In this document: piece after piece, positions 50,799 through 60,303 of the stretch | How the letters are laid out: each line of letters opens with the position of its first letter | Position numbering within the stretch: position 1 is the first letter of the stretch | NCBI GenBank assembly: GCA_965223545.1 | Contig: OZ245006.1 | Span: 1,536,001 to 1,600,000, forward strand | DNA length: 64,000 bases | Reading direction: 5' to 3' | Source of the DNA: Planctomycetota bacterium | GTDB taxonomy: Bacteria > Planctomycetota > UBA1135 > UBA2386 | Translations under genes and position numbers: made by a program | Notes under the pieces: model-generated | Told to the model about the DNA's origin: nothing | Database searches by the model: none | The model's input: only the letters and a program-made list of their open reading frames with translations

Positions 50799-51813
50799 CC
50801 GCGAGCTCGGCCAGAATCGCCGCATCGGCGGCGATGCCGGTCAGCGTCGGCACATCGATGGTCTGGCGTGCGTCGGTGTAGCTGTGCTGCGGAGAGGTGT
50901 GCGCTTCGATCAGCAGGCCGTGCGCGCCACACGCCAGCGCGGCGCGCGCCATCGGCCGCACGCGCTCGCGCACGCCGACGCCATGCGACGGATCGACCAG
51001 GATCGGCAGGTGGCTCAGCTGCCGCACCGCCGGGACGACATTGAGATCCAACGTGTTGCGCGCGTGGTCGGCGAAGGTCCGCACGCCGCGCTCGCACAGG
51101 ATCACCCGCGGGTTGCCGGCGGCCATCACGTACTCGGCAGCCATCAGCCACTCTTCCAGCGTGGCGGCGAGCCCCCGCTTGAGCAGCACCGGTCGATCCA
51201 CCGCCCCGAGCCGCTTCAGCAGCGAGGTGTTCTGCATGTTGCGCGCACCGACCTGCAACACATCCACACACTCGGCCATCGCCGCCACGGTGTCGGTGTC
51301 CATGACCTCGCTGACGACCGGCAGCCCGACCTGCTCGCGCACCCGGCGCAGCGTCACCAGCGCCTCTTGCCCCAGCCCCTGGAAGGCATACGGGCTGGTA
51401 CGCGGCTTGAACGCCCCGGCGCGGAACATCACGGCGCCGGCGTCGCGCGCCGCGGCGGCGACCGCCAGGGTGCGCGCCTCGGTCTCCACCGAGCACGGCC
51501 CCGCGATCAACACGGGGGTGCGGCCGCCGATCTCGACCACGCCGCCGGCCGGCGTCGGCACCCGGACCACGGTGTCTTCCGGTTGGACCTCGCGACTGAC
51601 GAGCTTGTAGGCGCGAGTCACTGGAATGCACTCGAGCACACCGGGCAGCCCCACCAACGTCGACGGGTCGACCGGCCCCGAGTTGCCGGTGACGCAGATC
51701 GCGGTGCGGTTCTCGCCCGGCACGGCGAGCGGCACGAAGCCGAGGCGTTCGACCGCGGCCTCGACGCGTTCACAATCGGCGACGGTGCTGTCGCGGTGCA
51801 TCAGGATCAACAT
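50755..51813 (-). CDS. aroF: DAHP synthase class I-beta with N-terminal regulatory domain
   Basis: IAGPCSVE, GAFKPRTSPYAFQG, QVGARNMQN, LLKRG, VDPSH. Confidence 0.95.
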   Translation of the reverse strand: MLILMHRDSTVADCERVEAAVERLGFVPLAVPGENRTAICVTGNSGPVDPSTLVGLPGVLECIPVTRAYKLVSREVQPEDTVVRVPTPAGGVVEIGGRTPVLIAGPCSVETEARTLAVAAAARDAGAVMFRAGAFKPRTSPYAFQGLGQEALVTLRRVREQVGLPVVSEVMDTDTVAAMAECVDVLQVGARNMQNTSLLKRLGAVDRPVLLKRGLAATLEEWLMAAEYVMAAGNPRVILCERGVRTFADHARNTLDLNVVPAVRQLSHLPILVDPSHGVGVRERVRPMARAALACGAHGLLIEAHTSPQHSYTDARQTIDVPTLTGIAADAAILAELAVSVPERPRSAARCG

Positions 51814-52646
51814 TCGGACCTCCTACTCTCGCCGGTAGTGCCGGCGGCTCGGGAAACGGAATCAGTGTGGGTCGCCGCCGCGGCGGCGAGGGCGCGGCAG
51901 CGCGACGCGAGGGCCTCGGGCAGCGCCGGCCGCGGCGTGCGCTCGATCAGCTGCGCCAAGTGGCTGCCGACCACCGCGATGCGTGCACCGGCGGCGAACG
52001 CGGCGGCCACCTGGGCAGCCGACGACAAGCCGAAGCCGACGCAGACCGGCACCGCGCTGGCCGCGCGCAGGGCGTCATCGGCCGGCGCCTCGCGCCGCGC
52101 TCCAGTGACCGCTTGCTGCGCCGCCAAGTAGACGAAGCCGCTCGCCGTCGCCGCCAGCGCCGCCCGCCGTGCCGCCGGCGTGCGCACCGACAACAGCGGC
52201 ACGTGGCCGAGGTCGGCCTCGCGACAGGCGCGCTGCAGCGGGATCGACTCCTCGAGCGGCACGTCGGGCACCAACAGCGAAGAGGCACCGGCAGCCGCCG
52301 CGTCGCGGCAGAAAGCGTCGAGCCCGCGCGCGTGCACCAGGTTGGCGTAGACCAGGAGGTTGAGCGGCGTCCGCGGCAGCGCGGCGCGCAGCGCCGCCAG
52401 CTGTGCGAGCGCCGCGTCGGTCGACGTGCCAGCTGCCAGCGCGCGCTGCGCGGCACGCTGGATGGCGACCCCGTCGGCGCACGGATCGGAGTACGCAATG
52501 CCCAGCTCGAGCATGGTGGCGCCGGCTTTGACCGCGCCCACCGCGAGCTCGTGCGAGATGGCTGGCTCGGGATCGCCGATCACGAAGAACGCGGCAAAGT
52601 GCGGCCGTGGCTCGGCCAGGGATTGCTGCAAGACGCGCAGAGTCAT
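51807..52646 (-). CDS. trpA: Tryptophan synthase alpha chain
   Basis: [30 protein letters not shown]. Confidence 0.95.
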   Translation of the reverse strand: MTLRVLQQSLAEPRPHFAAFFVIGDPEPAISHELAVGAVKAGATMLELGIAYSDPCADGVAIQRAAQRALAAGTSTDAALAQLAALRAALPRTPLNLLVYANLVHARGLDAFCRDAAAAGASSLLVPDVPLEESIPLQRACREADLGHVPLLSVRTPAARRAALAATASGFVYLAAQQAVTGARREAPADDALRAASAVPVCVGFGLSSAAQVAAAFAAGARIAVVGSHLAQLIERTPRPALPEALASRCRALAAAAATHTDSVSRAAGTTGESRRSEC

Positions 52647-53872
52647 GCTGGGCCCCCATCGACGGCCGCCGTCGGGGCGCCGCGACCGACCGCGGCAACC
52701 CGATCGAGATCTTTGTCGCCTCGCCCCGACAAGCACAAGACCACGCACGCGCCAGAGGGCAGCAGGCTGCGGCGGACAGCAGAGAGAGCTACCGCCACCG
52801 CGTGCGCGGATTCCAACGCCGGCACGATGCCTTCGAGCCTCGCCAGTGCTCGAAAGGCGTCGCTCGCCTCGTCGTCGGTCGCGGTGACGTAGCGCGCCCG
52901 GCCGGTGTCGCGCAGCTGCGCGTGCTCCGGACCGACCGCCGGGTAGTCGAGACCCGCCGCGATGCTGTGGCTCGCCTTGACTTGCCCATCCGCCTGCTGC
53001 AGCACCAGGGTGCGCGCGCCGTGCAGGATGCCGGGCACACCGGCGGCCAGCGGCGCGCCATGTGCGCCGGAGTCGAGCCCGCGGCCGGCGGGCTCGACCC
53101 CGATCAGCTGCACCCCCGTATCGAAGAACTCGCGGAACAGCCCGATCGCGTTGGAGCCGCCCCCGACACACGCGATCGCGGCATCGGGCAAGCCGCCGAG
53201 CGCCGCCCGGCACTGGGCGCGGGCCTCGCGGCCGATGACCGCCTGCAGATCACCGACGAGCGCGGGATAGGGATCCGGGCCACAGACCGTGCCGAGCACG
53301 TAGTGCGTGTCATCGATCCGCGCGACCCAGTCGCGCAGCGCCTCGTTGATCGCGTCCTTCAGGGTGGCGGAGCCGCTGTCGATGCCGACGACGTCGGCGC
53401 CGCACAACCGCATGCGGTCGACGTTCGCCGCCTGACGGCGCACGTCGCGCGCGCCCATGTAGACCGTGACCTCCATCCCCAGCCGCGCGCCGACCATCGC
53501 GGTGGCGACACCGTGCTGGCCGGCGCCGGTCTCGGCGACCAACCGGCGCTTGCCCATGGCCTGCGCCAGCAGGGCCTGGCCGACGACATTGTTGGTCTTG
53601 TGCGCGCCGCCGTGCAGCAGGTCCTCGCGCTTGAGCCAGACCTGCAGGCCGCATTCCCTCGATAGCCGCGGCGCAGCGGTCAGCGGCGTCGGGCGCCCCG
53701 CCCAACTCCGCAGCTCGCGGCGCAACCGACGGCGGAACGCGGGCGAGGGCAGCACGGTCTGGCGCGCGGCCTCGAGCTCTTGCAGGGCCGGCATCAACAG
53801 CTCCGAGACGAACCGTCCGCCGTACTCACCGAACGCGCCACACACCGGCGCTTCGCGACAGGGTTGCTTCAC
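52643..53872 (-). CDS. trpB: Tryptophan synthase beta chain
   Basis: [46 protein letters not shown]. Confidence 0.97.
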   Translation of the reverse strand: MKQPCREAPVCGAFGEYGGRFVSELLMPALQELEAARQTVLPSPAFRRRLRRELRSWAGRPTPLTAAPRLSRECGLQVWLKREDLLHGGAHKTNNVVGQALLAQAMGKRRLVAETGAGQHGVATAMVGARLGMEVTVYMGARDVRRQAANVDRMRLCGADVVGIDSGSATLKDAINEALRDWVARIDDTHYVLGTVCGPDPYPALVGDLQAVIGREARAQCRAALGGLPDAAIACVGGGSNAIGLFREFFDTGVQLIGVEPAGRGLDSGAHGAPLAAGVPGILHGARTLVLQQADGQVKASHSIAAGLDYPAVGPEHAQLRDTGRARYVTATDDEASDAFRALARLEGIVPALESAHAVAVALSAVRRSLLPSGACVVLCLSGRGDKDLDRVAAVGRGAPTAAVDGGPA

Positions 53873-53873
53873 T

Positions 53874-54488
53874 TCACCGCTCCTCGACTCCGACCACGGC
53901 GAACAGCCGCCGCAGGGCATCCGCGTCCTTGACCCCGGGCGCACACTCCACGCCACTCGACAGGTCGATGCCAAAGGGTCGATAGCGCAGCAGGCCTTTG
54001 ACGTTGGTCGCATCGATGCCCCCGGCGATCCACACCCCGCGCGGCGCGCGCGGTGCGAGCATCTGCCAATCGAACACCCGACCGCCGCCGCCGGCGCCGC
54101 GGTCGAGGAGCACGGACCCATCGCCACCAGGGGGCGGCGCGATCGGCGGCAGGTGCCGCTGGCCGGCGACGACCTCCACCGCGGTGGTCACGGCCAAGCC
54201 GTCGCCCCGCAACGTCTCGGCGAGGCCAGTCGCGGCCCGGTGCAGCTGGACGTGCCCGACGCCGGTGTCCTCGCAGGCCCGGCGCACGGAATCGATCACC
54301 GGCCGGCGGAACACCAGGACGACGTCGACCGCGCCGACGACCGCGCGGGACACGGCGCGCACCTGCTGGGTGGTCGCACGCCGCGGCGAGTCCTCCGCCA
54401 GCACGCAGCCGATACGACGCGCGCCGAGCCGAGCAGCCAGCTCCGCATCTCGCGCCCGCCGCACGCCGCAGATCTTGACGACAGTCAC
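53874..54488 (-). CDS. trpF: Phosphoribosylanthranilate isomerase
   Basis: VKICG, VQLH, GGGG..FDW, AGG, DLSSGVE..PG.KD. Confidence 0.93.
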   Translation of the reverse strand: MTVVKICGVRRARDAELAARLGARRIGCVLAEDSPRRATTQQVRAVSRAVVGAVDVVLVFRRPVIDSVRRACEDTGVGHVQLHRAATGLAETLRGDGLAVTTAVEVVAGQRHLPPIAPPPGGDGSVLLDRGAGGGGRVFDWQMLAPRAPRGVWIAGGIDATNVKGLLRYRPFGIDLSSGVECAPGVKDADALRRLFAVVGVEER

Positions 54489-55252
54489 TGCGCACCCTCC
54501 GACAAGAGGTCGCCGCGACGGCGCATCAGCGCGGTGCCGACCAGGACCCCATCCGCAATGCCCAGCAGCCCGTCCAGCTGGCGCCGCTCGCTGTAGCCGC
54601 TCTCGGCGACGCGCAGTCGTCCGTGCGGCACCGCGCGCAGCAACCGGGGCGCAACCGAAAGATCGACGCCGAGGGTCTCCAAGTCACGGTTGTTGGCGCC
54701 GATGATCGCTCCCTCGATCGCCAGGGCGGCTTCCAGCTCGGCCTCGGTGTGACACTCGACCAAGGCGGCGACGCCGCAGGCGGCACAGGCGGCGCCGAGC
54801 TCTTCGAGCAACACGCCGTCGACGCAGCGCACCAACAGCAGCACCGCGGCGGCACCCAGCTGTGCCGCCCGTTCGACCTGCCGCGGCGACATGACGAAGT
54901 CCTTCATCAAAACCGGCAGCGAGCAGGCCGCCACCGCCGCGGCGAGGTCGGCCTCATTGCCGCCGAACCGGGTCGGCTCGGTCAGCACGCTCACCGCGGC
55001 GGCCCCGCCGCGCTCGTAATCGCGCACGACCGCGGCGACGTCGGCGTCGAGCGCGATCGCGCCCCGACTCGGACTGCGGCGCTTGAATTCGGCGATCAGC
55101 GCGACACCCTCGGCGCCGCGCAGCGCGGCCGCGAACGCCCCTGGCGCGGTCTCCGCCCTCGCCGCGGGCGACGCCTCGGCGCCGGCCACAACGGGATCGA
55201 GCGCGGCAGCCCGGTGCCGCGCCGCGGCGACGATCTCGGCGAGGACCGTCAT
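54485..55252 (-). CDS. trpC: Indole-3-glycerol phosphate synthase
   Basis: IAEFKRRSPSRG, SVLTEP..FGG, LMKDF, NNRDL, VAESG. Confidence 0.95.
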   Translation of the reverse strand: MTVLAEIVAAARHRAAALDPVVAGAEASPAARAETAPGAFAAALRGAEGVALIAEFKRRSPSRGAIALDADVAAVVRDYERGGAAAVSVLTEPTRFGGNEADLAAAVAACSLPVLMKDFVMSPRQVERAAQLGAAAVLLLVRCVDGVLLEELGAACAACGVAALVECHTEAELEAALAIEGAIIGANNRDLETLGVDLSVAPRLLRAVPHGRLRVAESGYSERRQLDGLLGIADGVLVGTALMRRRGDLLSEGAQ

Positions 55253-56277
55253 CCGACCGCCCTCGTCGCCGCGCGCGCACCACACTCCACGTAGCGTTCG
55301 AGCACGGCCAGAGCCGCGCCACCGGCCAGCAGCGCCCGCGCGCGCTCGACCCCGGCCAGCAGATCGCCGGCCAAACCAGCGAGCTCCAGTGCCGCACCAG
55401 CGTTGAGGGCCACCGCATCGGCGCACGGCCCGACCTCGCCCGCCAGCACGGCGCGCAGCACCGCCGCGTTGTGCGCGGCATCCCCGCCGCGCAGCGCCGC
55501 CAGCGGCGCGCGCGCCAGCCCCAGCTCGCGGGGTTCGCAGGCAAAGGCCTCGATGGCCCCGGCGCGCAACCGGTGTCCACGGCTCACCGCGTGCAGGCCG
55601 AGCTCGTCGAGACCATCGCAGTGCACGACCAGGGCGTCGCGCGCGCCGAGCTCGGCCAGCGCTTCGCACATCGGACGGGTGACGGCGGGGTCGTAGACGC
55701 CGACCAACTGGTGCTCGGCAAGGGCGGGGTTGGCCAGCGGCCCGAGCAAGTTGAACAGGGTGCGCACGCCCAAGCCGCGCCGCACGGGAGCGACCTGGGC
55801 CATCGCCGGGTGGTAGGCGGGCGCGAACAAGAAGACGAACCCGCACGCATCGAGCACCGCACTCGCAGCGCGCGCATCCAGCTGCAGGCAGCCACCGAGC
55901 GCCTCGATGACGTCGGCGCTGCCGACCGGCGAGGAGACCCCGCGGTTGCCGTGCTTGGCCACCGCGGCGCCGCCGGCCGCCACGACGAGCGCCGCCGCGG
56001 TCGACACGTTGAAGCTGCCCGCGCCGTCGCCACCGGTGCCGCAGGTGTCGACGACGGGGCGGACGTTGGCGTGCATCGCGACGCGGTGGGCACGCAAGAC
56101 GCGAGCACCCGCAGCCAGCAATGCACCGCTCGGTGGACGCATCGACAACGCGACCAGCAGACCCGCGACCGCGGCGGGGTCCGCCTCGCCGCGCATGATG
56201 GCGTGCATCGCCTCTTCGACGCGGTCCGGCGCGGGCTCGCGCCCGGCCTGCACTTGTTTGATCAGATCGGAAATCAT
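55249..56277 (-). CDS. trpD: Anthranilate phosphoribosyltransferase
   Basis: DTCGTGGDG..FNVST, KHGNR.VSS..GSAD, RTLFNLLGPL.NP, GLDE. Confidence 0.96.
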   Translation of the reverse strand: MISDLIKQVQAGREPAPDRVEEAMHAIMRGEADPAAVAGLLVALSMRPPSGALLAAGARVLRAHRVAMHANVRPVVDTCGTGGDGAGSFNVSTAAALVVAAGGAAVAKHGNRGVSSPVGSADVIEALGGCLQLDARAASAVLDACGFVFLFAPAYHPAMAQVAPVRRGLGVRTLFNLLGPLANPALAEHQLVGVYDPAVTRPMCEALAELGARDALVVHCDGLDELGLHAVSRGHRLRAGAIEAFACEPRELGLARAPLAALRGGDAAHNAAVLRAVLAGEVGPCADAVALNAGAALELAGLAGDLLAGVERARALLAGGAALAVLERYVECGARAATRAVG

Positions 56278-56304
56278 CTCGGCTCCTTGGTTGACTCGGT
56301 GACG

Positions 56305-56925
56305 TCAGGCGGTCGCGCGTACGACACCGCGCGCGTGGTTGAGAACTCCGTCGAGCAGGGCGGCGCCGTGCGGCGTCAGCACCGACTCGGGATGGAACTG
56401 CAGGCCGAGCTGCGGCAACGTCCGGTGCCGCATGGCCATGACCTCGCCGTCGACCGTGCGGGCGACGACCTCGCAAGCTGCCGGCACGTCGGTGACCACC
56501 AGGCTGTGGTAGCGCGCGACGGTCAGCGATGCCGGCAACCCGGCGAGGCGCGGGTCGGCGACGCATTCGACCAAAGACGCGACGCCGTGGACCGGAGCCG
56601 CTGCCCGCGCAACTCGGCCGCCGTGCGCGACGGCCAACGCTTGATGCCCGAGACAGACGCCCAGCACCGGCACTGCCGGGCGCGACGCCAACCAGGGCAG
56701 CGTCACGCCGGTGTCCTGCGGCCGGCCGGGGCCCGGCGACAGCACGACCAGGTGTGGCCGGTCCGCGGCCAAGCGGTCCTGCAGTACGGCGAGCGGCAGG
56801 TCGCAGCGATACACGCGGGTGGCCGCACCACACCGCGCGAGCTGGTCGGCCAACAAGAAGACGAAGCTGTCGCGATGGTCGATCAGCACCACCCGCGTCC
56901 GCGGCGATCGAGGGCCTGCGCTCAT
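56305..56925 (-). CDS. trpG: Anthranilate synthase component II (glutamine amidotransferase)
   Basis: IDHRDSF, LSPGPG.P, GVCLGHQ, RYHSL, QFHPES. Confidence 0.95.
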   Translation of the reverse strand: MSAGPRSPRTRVVLIDHRDSFVFLLADQLARCGAATRVYRCDLPLAVLQDRLAADRPHLVVLSPGPGRPQDTGVTLPWLASRPAVPVLGVCLGHQALAVAHGGRVARAAAPVHGVASLVECVADPRLAGLPASLTVARYHSLVVTDVPAACEVVARTVDGEVMAMRHRTLPQLGLQFHPESVLTPHGAALLDGVLNHARGVVRATA

Positions 56926-58538
56926 CGTGCGACCTCCGCCCCGCAGCCAACATCGGAGAGCGCCTCGGCTGCCGCCACCGCTTGCACACACGCACGCATC
57001 TTGTGCGCCGTCTCGGCCAGCTCGCGCTCCGGCTCGCTGAGCCAGACCACGCCGGCCCCGGCGCGCACGTGGTAGACCCCACCGCCGCCCGCCGCGCCCA
57101 CGACGTAGCGCAGGGCCCGGATGGTGATGCAGGTGTCGAGCGAGCCGTCCTGCAGCAGGTAGCCAACCGCACCGCCGTAGAAGCCGCGCGCCTGCGGCTC
57201 CAAGGCGCGGATCAGCTCGAGCGCGCGCAGCTTCGGCGCGCCGGTGAGCGTGCCGGCGTTGGCCAGCGCGCGGTAGGCGTGCAGCGCGTCCAGGCCCGGC
57301 CGCAGCACACCCTGCACACGACTCACCAGGTGCTGGACGTGACGGTAGCGCACTACGCGCAGCTGCTCGACCACGCGGGTCGAGCCAGCTACCGACACGC
57401 GCGCGATGTCGTTGCGCGCCAGGTCGAGCAGCATGCAATGCTCGGCGAGCTCCTTGCGATCGAGCTGTAGGGCGAGCGCCAGCCGGGCATCGAGATCGGG
57501 ATCCACCTCGCCGCTCGGAGCCGCGCCTGGGCGCCGCCCCCGCGGGGCGGTGCCGGCGATCGGCATCGTCTCGACCACGCCGCCACCGACCTTCAAGAAC
57601 GTCTCCGGCGAAGCACCCATCAGCACCCCGCGCGGCAGCTCGAGATAGAACTGGTAGGGAGACGGGTTGTCGGCCCGCAGGGCGCTGTACACCGCCAGCG
57701 GCGCGGCGGCGCTGGGGAGTGCCCGCGCGCGCGACAGCACCGTTTGGAACACGTCGCCGTCGGCGATGTGCGCCCGCACGGTCTCGACGGCGGCGCAGAA
57801 CGCATCGTCGACGTCGGTGCCCAGCGGCGCCCGGCCGACGACCGGCGGGGTCGCGCACGTTCCGGACGCCGCCACTCGCCTCAGCTGCTCCACCTGCCGC
57901 GCGTGCCGCGCCCGCACCGCCGACCGGGCCTGCCACGGCAACCCGCGCGTCACCACGACCGCGCGGCGCTCGAGCGGCTCGAACACGATCATGTCACCGG
58001 CCAGCACGAAGCTCGCGTCCGGCTCGTCGAGGGGGTCGTGCGACCGGGGAGGCAGAGTCTCGAACCGGTCGACGAGGTCGTGCGCGAACGCCCCGAACAA
58101 CCCCGGCGCCATCGGCACGCGGGATCCCACCGGATCGGCCACCGCCCCGGCCACGACGCGCAACCCGTCGAGTGCGCCCGGCGCGCGCAAGCGCGCATCG
58201 TCGTCGAGCCCCGTCCCGGCATTCGCCATCGGGCGCGCGCACCGGGCGAGCTGCCCGCGCAGACCGTCAACCAGCGGCCCCGTGTCATCGGCGAGCGGCT
58301 CGACCTCGACGCGGCCATCGCGCAGCTGCACGCGCAGCCAGGGCCGCGTCACCAGAATCGAACGCGGCGGCGCGCCGGCCTCGGCGGCATCGGAGCTCTC
58401 GAGCAGGACGCGGCCCGCGCCACTGCCGCCGGCAGCGGCGCTGAGCAGCGCCACCGCGGCTTCGGGGGGCACGCCCTGAACGACCCGCACGAGGGGAGCG
58501 GCGACGAAGAGTGGCGTCGTGATCAGTCTTCGGAACAT
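56922..58538 (-). CDS. trpE: Anthranilate synthase component I
   Basis: LLES, NPSPY, GASPE, PIAGT, KELAEH.ML.DLARND, GTLTGAPK.RA, YGGAVGY; start 58538 preferred (58595 possible). Confidence 0.95.
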   Translation of the reverse strand: MFRRLITTPLFVAAPLVRVVQGVPPEAAVALLSAAAGGSGAGRVLLESSDAAEAGAPPRSILVTRPWLRVQLRDGRVEVEPLADDTGPLVDGLRGQLARCARPMANAGTGLDDDARLRAPGALDGLRVVAGAVADPVGSRVPMAPGLFGAFAHDLVDRFETLPPRSHDPLDEPDASFVLAGDMIVFEPLERRAVVVTRGLPWQARSAVRARHARQVEQLRRVAASGTCATPPVVGRAPLGTDVDDAFCAAVETVRAHIADGDVFQTVLSRARALPSAAAPLAVYSALRADNPSPYQFYLELPRGVLMGASPETFLKVGGGVVETMPIAGTAPRGRRPGAAPSGEVDPDLDARLALALQLDRKELAEHCMLLDLARNDIARVSVAGSTRVVEQLRVVRYRHVQHLVSRVQGVLRPGLDALHAYRALANAGTLTGAPKLRALELIRALEPQARGFYGGAVGYLLQDGSLDTCITIRALRYVVGAAGGGGVYHVRAGAGVVWLSEPERELAETAHKMRACVQAVAAAEALSDVGCGAEVAR

Positions 58539-58677
58539 CGGTGTGCGCAAGGCACACCGCGCCGAAGGCAGCTCAGACCCACGCGGCCGAGGCACCCGGG
58601 CGCGGGATGCCTCGTCGTGAGAAAGCGAAAAGCGCTAGGACGGCGGCAACCCGAAGGGTACGGACCACCACCAGCGC
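58539..58677 (-). promoter_or_regulatory. Putative trp attenuator (three hairpins and a U-rich tract)
   Basis: GCGCTGG..CTAGCGC stem followed by TTTTCGCTTTCTC; hairpin 58588-58614; 8-bp stem 58539-58559 abutting the trpE ATG. Confidence 0.7.
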
Positions 58678-58715
58678 CAAGTGTGGGTGCGGGGGTGTTG
58701 GGTCGCGCCGTGCAT
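58635..58715 (-). CDS. trpL: trp operon leader peptide MHGATQHPRTHTWRWWWSVPFGLPPS
   Basis: 26-aa ORF with TGG CGC TGG TGG TGG directly upstream of trpE; alternative in-frame ATG at 58730. Confidence 0.9.
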   Translation of the reverse strand: MHGATQHPRTHTWRWWWSVPFGLPPS

Positions 58716-58802
58716 GAGTCGAATACTCATAGAGCTCGATCGCCGGTTGGCAACCCCCGACCCGGATGTTTCCGGCGGCAGACTGGCACCGAGCGCTGCC
58801 CC

Positions 58803-60224
58803 TCAGCGCTCGCGCGCGTAGACCAGGAGCCCGCGGCGGGCCGCCGCTGCTTCTAGCTCATCGGGCAGCTCGACCACCCGATATCCCCGCGCGACGAAGT
58901 CCTCATGCGTCACGCCCGTCCGCCCGCGCACCGCGACGGCGAACCCGACTCCGGCCTGCTCGAACGCGCGCAGCACGTCGGCGCGCGTCAGCACCACGTT
59001 CGGCGCCGGCTCCTGCCCCGCGAAGTACTCGAGGCGCGGGATCATCTCGGTCGCGAGCTTCTGCCGCACTCCGAGTCGAGGCCGCAACCAAGCGCCCAGG
59101 TCGATCAAGACCCGCCGGTCCGCGCGCCGAGTCTGTGGAATCCGCGCCAGGTCACCGGCCACCGCGATGCAGACCAAGGCCGCCACGCCCCACCTCGGCA
59201 GTTGAGCAAGGCGCCGCGACAGCACTTGCCAACTCAAGCCGGCGAACACCAACAACAGGCAGCCGTAACCCGAGACGAAGCGAAAGTGACTCCTCAGCAA
59301 CGGGATCACCAGGACTTGCAGCCCCACGAGACCGACGACCAACACCATCGGAGCGCGCCCCACCCGCGATGCCGACAGCCACAGGCCGTGCAGGGCCATG
59401 GGCAACGCGACGTAGCCCACGACCTCGAACAGATCGCCGGGCACCTGGACCAAGTGCGCCAAGTAGTGACCGATCGCGGAGCCGCTGCGGCCAATGCCGA
59501 CCTCGTAGTTGAAGGCGATCTTCGGCGAGACGACGAAGCCGACTCCCCACCGCCAGTAGCCGAGCGAACACAGAAGCCCGACGGCCGCCGCGGCCAGCGT
59601 GGCGGCGAGCGCGATCCGACGCGCGCCGAGGACCCACAGCCACGGCACCCCCACCAGCACCAACGACGCCCCCTCGGGCCGCGTCGCGAACGCCAACCCC
59701 GCCAACACGCCGACGGCCGTGCCGCGCGCCGCACCACCCCGCGCCTCCCCCCGCACCCCGAGCATCAACCAAACCGCGGCAGCGACGAACAGGTAGAACG
59801 GGCCCTCGGACAGGCAGTCGGCGGGGTGCCGGGCAAACCAGATGCCCACCCCGTACAGCCCGCCGCAGCCGAGCGCGGCACGGCGGCCGAACAGCCGCTG
59901 GGCCGTGGCCGCGAGAGGCAGTACCGCCAGCGCCCCCAGCCCTGCCGACACGATCTGCCCGGCGACCACCGTGTCCAGCCCCGGTGCCGTCACCAACAAG
60001 GCCGCGATCAGCAGCGAGTACAACGGGTGGAACGCGGTCTCGAACGCCGCCGCGAACGACCCGGCCGCGACCTGGTCGGCGATCCACAAGTAGGCCGCCG
60101 CATCCCGCCCCGGGACCTCGGTGCCGTGCGCCACGATCGCTCGCACGACGACGGCGAAGGCCAACAGGGCCCCCGCGTCGCGCGGCCTGAGCCCGGGTCG
60201 TGAGTCGGCGGAACCCAGAGGCAT
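58803..60224 (-). CDS. GT-C fold glycosyltransferase (family 39 / ArnT-PMT-like)
   Basis: D...Y..IA, HPLY..L, LSEG, LA..TRPEG; multi-TM. Confidence 0.8.
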   Translation of the reverse strand: MPLGSADSRPGLRPRDAGALLAFAVVVRAIVAHGTEVPGRDAAAYLWIADQVAAGSFAAAFETAFHPLYSLLIAALLVTAPGLDTVVAGQIVSAGLGALAVLPLAATAQRLFGRRAALGCGGLYGVGIWFARHPADCLSEGPFYLFVAAAVWLMLGVRGEARGGAARGTAVGVLAGLAFATRPEGASLVLVGVPWLWVLGARRIALAATLAAAAVGLLCSLGYWRWGVGFVVSPKIAFNYEVGIGRSGSAIGHYLAHLVQVPGDLFEVVGYVALPMALHGLWLSASRVGRAPMVLVVGLVGLQVLVIPLLRSHFRFVSGYGCLLLVFAGLSWQVLSRRLAQLPRWGVAALVCIAVAGDLARIPQTRRADRRVLIDLGAWLRPRLGVRQKLATEMIPRLEYFAGQEPAPNVVLTRADVLRAFEQAGVGFAVAVRGRTGVTHEDFVARGYRVVELPDELEAAAARRGLLVYARER

Positions 60225-60303
60225 TCGGTTGCCCGACTCTAAGAGCAGGGACGCGGCCCCGCCGCCGCATTTCCAAAGGCGAGCCGCTCGCCCGGCCCGG
60301 CCG

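Noticed and set aside
54485..57936. Apparent long TrpC and TrpG fusion ORFs (895 and 543 aa)
   Set aside because: The N-terminal extensions are out-of-frame overlaps with trpD/trpG/trpE; the real starts are 55252 and 56925
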